Shown piece by piece: positions 36,157 to 43,130 of a DNA stretch of 64,000 nt. Location of the stretch: NCBI GenBank assembly GCA_029210725.1, contig JARGFM010000001.1, positions 145,530 through 209,529 on the forward strand, written 5' to 3'. Each line of letters begins with the position of its first letter. Positions within the stretch are counted from its first letter, which is position 1. The notes beneath the pieces were generated by a model. That model had not been told where the DNA came from. It was given only the letters and a program-made list of their open reading frames with translations, and did no database searches. Position numbers and translations under genes: made by a program. Source of the stretch: Bacteroidales bacterium (GTDB lineage Bacteria; Bacteroidota; Bacteroidia; Bacteroidales; GCA-2748055).

Positions 36157-37059
36157 TTATGCTGCTTTAATCCTAAGAAAAAGGTTCACTCCCAACTCTT
36201 CCATATCCACCTCCACCTGTTCTTCCCTGGCCTCTGCTTCCAGGGCCATGCGAACCAGGTCATTCTTGGACCGGTGTACCAGGTACCAGTCAGACAATAC
36301 TTCCATCAATCGCCTGGTGGGATTGCTGTGTGAGAAATTCCCGATAATAAACTCCCCGCCCGGGATTAGGAACTTATAGTACTTGTTGATCATATACACA
36401 AAATGTTTGTCTTTAAAATAATCAAACAAGCCCGCACTCCAGATCAGATTGTACCACTGGTAAGGTTTGAATCTGAGCACATTGATTTTAAAATACTCAA
36501 TGGATGCTTTAAATTCCCGGTTCTGCTTTTTGGCAAAATCTATGGCATTCTGATCAAAATCGATCAAATCAAATTTTATTTTGCTGTCTGGATGCTTTCT
36601 GAGGTACTCATTCACATCGGTCGCCGGTCCCGATCCCAGGATCAGAATGCGCTTCAACTCCCGATCCTGATTCTCCACCTCAGCACAACGCTTAAGGAAA
36701 TAATCTTTCCTGTTCCGAACTGCATGGGCTCCTGCCTGGTCCTGGAAAAACCGGTCCCAGTTTGTATATCTTCTATCCGGATTTACATATAATCTGTAGA
36801 TATTATGGATAATGGTAAAATCACCCGGATATCCGAAGGGCTTGACAAACCCGTGACCGATCAGAGTGTTTTCATTCAGAGATTCTTTTATGGCTTCTCT
36901 GAAGTGATCCAGTTCCTGATCCTCCAGATTATTGACTATGGCCGTGAATTCAGCGTATTCCGTGGGCTCGGGTCCACCCTTTTCAACAAGTTTGCCAAGA
37001 AATCCGCAGTCTTCGTTAGAGAGTTGCTTCAATGTTACTGCAGGGTGCGTTGGTTTCAT
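36157..37059 (-). CDS. class I SAM-dependent methyltransferase (PhcB-like group suspected)
   Basis: Motif I ILILGSGPATD, post-I DLIDFD, motif II LIWSAGLFDYF. The N-terminal region has 'KPFGYPGDFTIIHNIY' and 'AVRNRK'. Confidence 0.7.
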   Translation of the reverse strand: MKPTHPAVTLKQLSNEDCGFLGKLVEKGGPEPTEYAEFTAIVNNLEDQELDHFREAIKESLNENTLIGHGFVKPFGYPGDFTIIHNIYRLYVNPDRRYTNWDRFFQDQAGAHAVRNRKDYFLKRCAEVENQDRELKRILILGSGPATDVNEYLRKHPDSKIKFDLIDFDQNAIDFAKKQNREFKASIEYFKINVLRFKPYQWYNLIWSAGLFDYFKDKHFVYMINKYYKFLIPGGEFIIGNFSHSNPTRRLMEVLSDWYLVHRSKNDLVRMALEAEAREEQVEVDMEELGVNLFLRIKAA

Positions 37060-37253
37060 GCAATATATGGATTATAAAATGGTTACCAGGCTTGTTGTAA
37101 GCTGAGGATAAACAGGTGGTTTTTATGTTTCTTAAAAAACTGTTAAGAGTTGAATTCCTTAAGACTATACGTTTCTGTCCGGCAAAGTGTTTCATAATAG
37201 AACCCGAAAGCATATTAGAATCTGTTTAAATAAGTGTTCCATGTACATCTTTC

Positions 37254-38816
37254 TTGAATCTCAGAACAAAAATCACTTATTTTACCTCTCTGATTATGAG
37301 ACTAAAAAGAAAAAGAGCCGGCAGAATAATTTTCCTGTCCGGAATGTTAATGGCAGTCCTGCTCATCTTCCTGGGAAACAAAGCAGTAGTAAAAACTTCC
37401 ACCAATGAGTATTGCGCCTCCTGTCATGTTCATCCCCATTCGACCGAAAGCTGGAAACGTTCGACCCACTATGACAACCCTCGTGGTATCCAGGTGCAAT
37501 GTGTAGATTGTCACCTCCCTTCGCATGGGGAAGTCTATTTATTTGAAAAAGCAAGAACAGGCATCCGCGATGTATGGGCCAACTGGTTTAAGGATTCTGC
37601 AAGCTTTAACTGGGAGGCCAAATCACAAATTGACCATGCCAGGGGCCATACCTTTGAATCTTCCTGTATCCATTGTCACCAGAATAACTATCCATTGGGA
37701 CTGACCAGGGAGGGCCGTGAAGCACATCTCTACTATGAAAGACAGGCCGGTGAATTGCATTGTATCAACTGCCATATTACGGTAGGGCACTATGACCCCG
37801 ACAGGCTTCATGCACAAAATACCGATTTCGGTATCATCGAAACGGCATCCACGGAACTTTATACGGAACCCGGAGTGATCCATGGCTTTAATAATTTTAC
37901 GGAATATATACCAGGATCGGCTGTCAGCTTTGAAATGATAGCCATTCCTGGCGGGACATTCACCATGGGGAGCCCGGAGGATGAACCTTTCAGAATGCAG
38001 GACGAAGGGCCTGCCAGGGAGGTGAAAGTCAGTCCCTTCTTCATGGCCAAAATTGAGGTTTCCTGGGATGAATACCTGGCGTTCTTTAAGCAAACCGGGG
38101 CACAGGGAAAATCCACGGATACCTACCAGAGCATTGATCAGGGAGGCATTGACGGAATTTCAGGACCCACTCCTCCCTATGGGGCTCCTGACCAGGGCTG
38201 GGGCAAAGGAAAAATGCCGGCCATGTCAATGACCCATCATGCTGCAGAAGTCTATTGCCAGTGGCTCACAGAAATCACCGGAAAAACCTACCGGCTGCCC
38301 ACCGAAGCAGAATGGGAATATGCAGCACGCGGCGGGACCAACATGCCCTATTTCTTTGAAGGCGATCCCAGACGCTATGTGGACAAAGGGATCAGAAATA
38401 AATTGTTCGGGGTAGATACAAGCGTAATCAACAGCTACATCATCTATGATGAAAATAGCGGATCCAGATCAGCAGCTCCGGATGCTGTCCGGGAAAATCC
38501 CTTTGGGCTGGTCAACATGCTGGGGAATGTGTTGGAGTTCTGCTCTGATTGGTATGCCGAAGACACTTACTCACAAAACAGGGAGGGGATCCTGGAAAAT
38601 CCCACCGGACCGGATTCAGGAGAGGAATATGTGGTCAGAGGCGGGTCTTACAGGGATGGAGCTGAACATGTTCGAAGTGCGTCCAGGGACTTTACCAAAT
38701 CCCTTGCCTGGATGAAGACCGATCCTCAGATGCCTAAAAGCGTCTGGTGGTACTCAGATTGTTTTCACGTGGGATTCAGGGTAGTGTGTGAGTATGAAGA
38801 GACTTCGGCCGATTAA
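37254..38816 (+). CDS. fusion protein: NapC/NirT-type membrane tetrahaem cytochrome c + FGE-sulfatase (SUMF1-like) domain
   Basis: TM helix, then four CXXCH motifs (CASCH, CVDCH, CIHCH, CINCH). FGE-like signatures follow: GGTFTMGSP, YRLPTEAEWEYAARGG, GNVLEFCSDWY, VVRGGSY...GFRVV. Alternative start at 37296 (MRLKRKRAG). Confidence 0.85.
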   Translation: MNLRTKITYFTSLIMRLKRKRAGRIIFLSGMLMAVLLIFLGNKAVVKTSTNEYCASCHVHPHSTESWKRSTHYDNPRGIQVQCVDCHLPSHGEVYLFEKARTGIRDVWANWFKDSASFNWEAKSQIDHARGHTFESSCIHCHQNNYPLGLTREGREAHLYYERQAGELHCINCHITVGHYDPDRLHAQNTDFGIIETASTELYTEPGVIHGFNNFTEYIPGSAVSFEMIAIPGGTFTMGSPEDEPFRMQDEGPAREVKVSPFFMAKIEVSWDEYLAFFKQTGAQGKSTDTYQSIDQGGIDGISGPTPPYGAPDQGWGKGKMPAMSMTHHAAEVYCQWLTEITGKTYRLPTEAEWEYAARGGTNMPYFFEGDPRRYVDKGIRNKLFGVDTSVINSYIIYDENSGSRSAAPDAVRENPFGLVNMLGNVLEFCSDWYAEDTYSQNREGILENPTGPDSGEEYVVRGGSYRDGAEHVRSASRDFTKSLAWMKTDPQMPKSVWWYSDCFHVGFRVVCEYEETSAD

Positions 38817-38869
38817 TATGAAATAATAGTCAACAATACCAAAACCTTACTAAACTATCTTATATCAAA

Positions 38870-40219
38870 ATGAAAGCAAACAAACCAAGCAGCAGACGCA
38901 GATTTTTAGAAAATACTGCGTTGGGTGCCATCGGTGTGATTGGCGCCAGTCACGTGATTCAAGCCTGTGCTCCCGGAGAAACAAGCCTTGAAGTAGTAGA
39001 ACCCTCTTTTCTGAAAACTGCCGTGGACGGGCAGCCGCTGAGGGCAGGCGTGGTTGGTTGTGGCGGACGAGGATCCGGTGCAGCCATGGATTTTCTGAAC
39101 GCAGGACCAAACCTGAGTATTGTCGCCCTTGCGGATGTTTTTCAGGACAGGATCGACGACCTCAGAAAAAAACTGAAAGACCAAAAAGAAGTCGAACTGG
39201 AAGATGCCAACTGTTTTGTAGGATTTGATGCCTTCAAAAGGCTTCTTGAAGTGGACCTGGATTATGTCATTTTAGCGACCCCTCCTTTTTTCCGTCCTGA
39301 GCATTTCCAGGCTTGTGTAGAAGCAAGAAAGCATGTTTTTATGGAAAAGCCGGTGGCTGTTGACCCGGTAGGTGCACGTGCTGTGATGGCTGCCTCCAAG
39401 CAAGCTGAGGCAGCTGGCCTGTGTGTGGTTACCGGCACGCAGCGGCGTCACCAGTGGTCATATAACAATGTGAAAGCCCGCATCGATGCCGGGATGATCG
39501 GTGACATTACTTCCACCAATGTGTACTGGAATCAAAACAAGCTCTGGCACAAAGAGCAGCAAGCGGGATGGACCGAAATGGAATTTATGCTGCGCGACTG
39601 GGTGAACTGGACCTGGCTTTCAGGCGACCATATCGTGGAGCAGCATGTACACAACATCGATGTAAGCAACTGGTTCGTAGGCAAACATCCCCTTGAAGCA
39701 GTAAGCATGGGCTCCAGGTTAAGAAGGCCAACCGGAGACTGCTACGATAACTTCGCCGTGGACTTTGTGTATGATAAGAGTATTCACATGAATTCCATGT
39801 GCCGGCAAATTAACGATTGTGCCAATAGCGTCAGTGAGTATATCAGGGGAACCAAAGGATACTCGGTGACAGACAACCATAAGATCTTCGACCTCTATGA
39901 TCTGGATGGTAATGTGCTGTACAAATGGGAAACCCCGGTAGATGCGGCTGGTGAATCTGTCGAAAACAGCCCCTATGTTCAGGAGCACATCGACCTGGTT
40001 ACTGCCATCCGTGAAGGAAAACAGATCGTTGAAGCTGAAGAGACAGCTATCTCTGTTCTGACAGCCATCATGGGTCGCGAGTCGGCCTATACGGGAAAAA
40101 AGGTTACCTGGGAAGACATGATGGGATCCGACGTGGTCCTGGGACCCAAGGGTGAGCTTAGCCTGGGCCCGGTTGATATGGAAAAGATCATCCCCATAGC
40201 AGGCAGCGCTCCGGAATAA
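38870..40219 (+). CDS. Gfo/Idh/MocA family oxidoreductase with Tat signal
   Basis: Twin-arginine signal SRRRFLENTALGAIGVIGAS. Rossmann motif LRAGVVGCGGRGSGAA. Confidence 0.9.
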   Translation: MKANKPSSRRRFLENTALGAIGVIGASHVIQACAPGETSLEVVEPSFLKTAVDGQPLRAGVVGCGGRGSGAAMDFLNAGPNLSIVALADVFQDRIDDLRKKLKDQKEVELEDANCFVGFDAFKRLLEVDLDYVILATPPFFRPEHFQACVEARKHVFMEKPVAVDPVGARAVMAASKQAEAAGLCVVTGTQRRHQWSYNNVKARIDAGMIGDITSTNVYWNQNKLWHKEQQAGWTEMEFMLRDWVNWTWLSGDHIVEQHVHNIDVSNWFVGKHPLEAVSMGSRLRRPTGDCYDNFAVDFVYDKSIHMNSMCRQINDCANSVSEYIRGTKGYSVTDNHKIFDLYDLDGNVLYKWETPVDAAGESVENSPYVQEHIDLVTAIREGKQIVEAEETAISVLTAIMGRESAYTGKKVTWEDMMGSDVVLGPKGELSLGPVDMEKIIPIAGSAPE

Positions 40220-40257
40220 GCTTTACAGCTCTTCGCCATTCCCTGGCACACAATAAG

Positions 40258-40295
40258 AAACCGGGTTGCCCCTGATGGAGCAATCCGGTTTTTCT
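40258..40295. terminator. bidirectional rho-independent terminator between convergent genes
   Basis: 12-bp stem AAACCGGGTTGC/GCAATCCGGTTT (one G-U pair), 10-nt loop. An A-run precedes it and TTTTT follows, so it can serve both strands. Confidence 0.7.
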
Positions 40296-40331
40296 GAAGA
40301 TAAGCCGCTTGTCGGAGAATATCCCAAGGGC

Positions 40332-41258
40332 TTAAAACTGATCTACTTTGGCATAGGCTTCAATCACTGCCAATTCGCCCTCCTTTCCTGGAATGGAATT
40401 GCCATGCTCCATACCCATAATGCCAGTAAAACCTTTATTATGAATATGTTTAAATACATTCAGGTAGTTTATTTCACCGGTGGTTGGCTCTTTTCTTCCC
40501 GGATTGTCACCCATCTGGAAATAAGCAATTTCATCCCAGGCCAGATCGATATTTGGGATCAGGTTCCCTTCATGGATCTGCATATGATAAAGGTCATCCA
40601 GGATTTTGCAGGAGGGACTGCCCACCGCTTTGCAAACCAGGTAGCTTTGTGAAATCTTGTTCAGGAACAGACCGGGATGGTCCCTGAAATTCAAGGGCTC
40701 CAGGACCATGGTCAGGCCATGGGGCTCCAGAATGTCACAGGCACGCCTCAGTGCATTAACCACATTGGCGGTCTGATAATCGCTGTCTTTCCCGAGATCC
40801 ACAAATCCGGGAACCACGGTCATCCATTTAGCATTGACTCGTTTGGCCACATCCACCGATTCCCTGATCTCCTTCAGGAAGAGGTCCAGTTTCTCTTCAT
40901 TACCGCTGGTGAGGCTGGGTTCAGTCCAGAAGATGGTGTGGGCCACAAATACCCCCATCTCCATGCCCAGGCTGGCCATCTTGCCGGCGATTTTCTCCTG
41001 GGTGGCTATCTCCCTGCCTTTCATTCCATTGTCCTCCATAGCGGTAAACCCTGCGTCGGCCATAAATTGGAGCTGGTCGAGAAGGTCCTCTCCGGCCGAA
41101 TGCCTGAACATACCGAAATGGGGGGCATACTTTAGTTTAAACGAATGCTTGCCATCGGCAGGTGATGTTGGTGAAACTGCCGAAGCATGCGCTATTCCAC
41201 CACTTACCAGGGCGCCGGTGGCTGCTGCACTACTTTTGAGAAAAGATCTGCGTTGCAT
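40332..41258 (-). CDS. xylose isomerase-like TIM-barrel protein (sugar phosphate isomerase/epimerase / hydroxypyruvate isomerase-like) with Tat signal
   Basis: MQRRSFLKSSAAATGALVSGGIAHA twin-arginine signal. AP-endonuclease-2/TIM-barrel layout with a C-terminal 'GIMGMEHG' motif. Confidence 0.85.
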   Translation of the reverse strand: MQRRSFLKSSAAATGALVSGGIAHASAVSPTSPADGKHSFKLKYAPHFGMFRHSAGEDLLDQLQFMADAGFTAMEDNGMKGREIATQEKIAGKMASLGMEMGVFVAHTIFWTEPSLTSGNEEKLDLFLKEIRESVDVAKRVNAKWMTVVPGFVDLGKDSDYQTANVVNALRRACDILEPHGLTMVLEPLNFRDHPGLFLNKISQSYLVCKAVGSPSCKILDDLYHMQIHEGNLIPNIDLAWDEIAYFQMGDNPGRKEPTTGEINYLNVFKHIHNKGFTGIMGMEHGNSIPGKEGELAVIEAYAKVDQF

Positions 41259-41369
41259 AGGATGTGCTTTATAAAGTTGAAAGAAAAAACGAAGATCTTA
41301 AATGTAACAAAATATTTCTTTGGATTAGCTTAGAGAGAGAACCAGAAATTCAGTTTAAACATAAAAACG

Positions 41370-41573
41370 TTATTTCCCTTCATTCCCCGGAGATCTCCCA
41401 TTATATCCGATACCGGATGATAGTCTCCTTCCCATCCCGAACGATCGTGCGCCCATACCGTAAAAAACTGAAATCAAGCTTACTAAAGCTCCCGGGACTG
41501 CCATAATACTGGATGGAAAATTCAGGGTTGAGAAAAGGGTAAAACCCAAAAGCAAAGCAGGAACCTGTTTCAT
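41370..41573 (-). CDS. possible small secreted Gly-rich protein (67 aa), doubtful
   Basis: The only ORF of any size in a 355-nt gap. It has an N-terminal signal-like segment, MKQVPALLLGFTLFSTL. No other support. Confidence 0.25.
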   Translation of the reverse strand: MKQVPALLLGFTLFSTLNFPSSIMAVPGALVSLISVFYGMGARSFGMGRRLSSGIGYNGRSPGNEGK

Positions 41574-41613
41574 ATGGCGGAGTGACTTACAAAAATAACA
41601 GAATTAAATTCAG

Positions 41614-42627
41614 TCAGGACACCAGCAGATAATCCTTCCCTTCGGTATATCCCCTGAGTTCCAGGAAGGCCTGTATCTTTTCCCGGTTATCCATTTGCCT
41701 GATGTATGTGAGAATAAATCCCGATCCCGCTTCGGGCAGGTCTTCATAATACAGAAGCTTCCTGTCCAGCTGGCGGCTCTTTTTTGTATCAATATAGGTG
41801 TCAATCCGAATACCCTTCGCCTCCAGGATCCTGGCCCTCCGTCGAGAGATTCTGCTGGCCCCCCACACCCACACGGCTGGGTGATAGGGATTGTGTTCCG
41901 AAAGCCATTTGGCCAGGTAATGACTCTTGATTTCAAAAAAAGCCCTGTCGCTGTAGATGGGATGGGTCCTGGTCAGCCTACCCGGCGAATCGTTCCAGTC
42001 GAGGACCACTTCGGGTACTTTGCCAATCCTGACTCCCTGGTGAAGCCATCGAAGCCACATCTCGTAATCCTCCGGGAAGTCACCAGACCTGTAAAGTCCA
42101 TGTCGTCCTGAAGTTTCCCTTCGCCACATGGCGGTGGGATTTACAATGGGAGCTTCAATGAAGCGTCTGTTAAATATCTCTTCATAGGTGATGACCGAAT
42201 TACTCCATTCCACAAACCTTCTGAATCCACCGGTAGTAAGCGGATCTCCCCGGTGGGTCACCAGTCCGCCCACAGCTCCGTAGTCCTTATGGGAATCGAG
42301 AAATTCCGATTGCACCCTGAGCCTGCAGGGCCGGGCCAGATCATCTGCATCCATGCGGGCCAGATAGGTACCCCGGGCCACTTCACATCCTGTATTGGAT
42401 GCAAACATAACTCCCTGCCGGGTTTCATCAACCAGTCTGAATCTTAAATCCCTCTGCTCCCATTCGACTGCTATATCCCTGCCTGTATCCCTCGAATTGT
42501 TGTTCACCATGACACATTCCCAATCGTTGAACTCTTGATCTGCAATGCTTTGAAGAGCATCAGAAAGAGTCCTTTCAGCATTAAAAAAAGGAAGTACTAC
42601 AGATATTTTTGGTGCAACGCCGGGCAT
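41614..42627 (-). CDS. glycosyltransferase family 2
   Basis: ISVVLPFFNAERTLSDALQSIADQ...YLARMDADD (DxD). Confidence 0.85.
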   Translation of the reverse strand: MPGVAPKISVVLPFFNAERTLSDALQSIADQEFNDWECVMVNNNSRDTGRDIAVEWEQRDLRFRLVDETRQGVMFASNTGCEVARGTYLARMDADDLARPCRLRVQSEFLDSHKDYGAVGGLVTHRGDPLTTGGFRRFVEWSNSVITYEEIFNRRFIEAPIVNPTAMWRRETSGRHGLYRSGDFPEDYEMWLRWLHQGVRIGKVPEVVLDWNDSPGRLTRTHPIYSDRAFFEIKSHYLAKWLSEHNPYHPAVWVWGASRISRRRARILEAKGIRIDTYIDTKKSRQLDRKLLYYEDLPEAGSGFILTYIRQMDNREKIQAFLELRGYTEGKDYLLVS

Positions 42628-42683
42628 TTCTCCTGTTTGATCTACACAAAGATAAGGATGTCTGCAGATCAGATGAACAGGAA

Positions 42684-43085
42684 TTACTCTTCAGGACCCA
42701 TCCTGCGTAATCTTTTTATCTCACCCCGGATCTTTTTGCTTCGGATCCTCTTCTCCATACCGGACCGGGACGGTTGAGTGGGCCTGCGCTTCTTTACCGG
42801 AACCAGGCTTGCATGTACCAGGTTTATAAATCTCTCTGTAACATCTGCTTTGTTCCGGAATTGTGATCTGTATTTTTCTGAGACCAGGATCAATACCCCC
42901 TCCCTGGTGATTCGCTTAGCCAGACGGGCGACTACTACCTTGATCTGTGCCTCATTCAAACAGGCCGATTCATACGGGCACCACCTCAGTTCTACCCGTG
43001 ATTCCGTTTTATTTACATGTTGCCCTCCCGGGCCGGACGACCGGCTGCTTCTGTACTGAACTTCTCCGGCTAAACAGTCTCTCAT
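42684..43085 (-). CDS. arfB: alternative ribosome-rescue factor ArfB (peptidyl-tRNA hydrolase, RF-1 domain)
   Basis: GPGGQHVNK GGQ motif and a basic C-terminal tail (KRIRSKKIRGEIKRLRR); 133 aa. Confidence 0.9.
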   Translation of the reverse strand: MRDCLAGEVQYRSSRSSGPGGQHVNKTESRVELRWCPYESACLNEAQIKVVVARLAKRITREGVLILVSEKYRSQFRNKADVTERFINLVHASLVPVKKRRPTQPSRSGMEKRIRSKKIRGEIKRLRRMGPEE

Positions 43086-43130
43086 ATCATAACTTTTGAT
43101 CTTATGGCCTCGAATTCAGGTCCATGACTC

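Noticed and set aside
37254-38816. FGE/C-type-lectin-fold C-terminus as a possible diversity-generating retroelement target
   Set aside because: There is no reverse transcriptase gene in the window. By eye there is no template-repeat copy of the 3' end of the gene and no adenine-biased variable region.
41264-41506. 80-aa plus-strand ORF in the 355-nt gap between the TIM-barrel and GT2 genes; also considered a possible ncRNA locus
   Set aside because: The translation is junk-like. I recognise no conserved RNA motifs (SRP, 6S, RNase P or riboswitch cores). Only the opposite-strand 67-aa signal-peptide ORF is listed, at low confidence.
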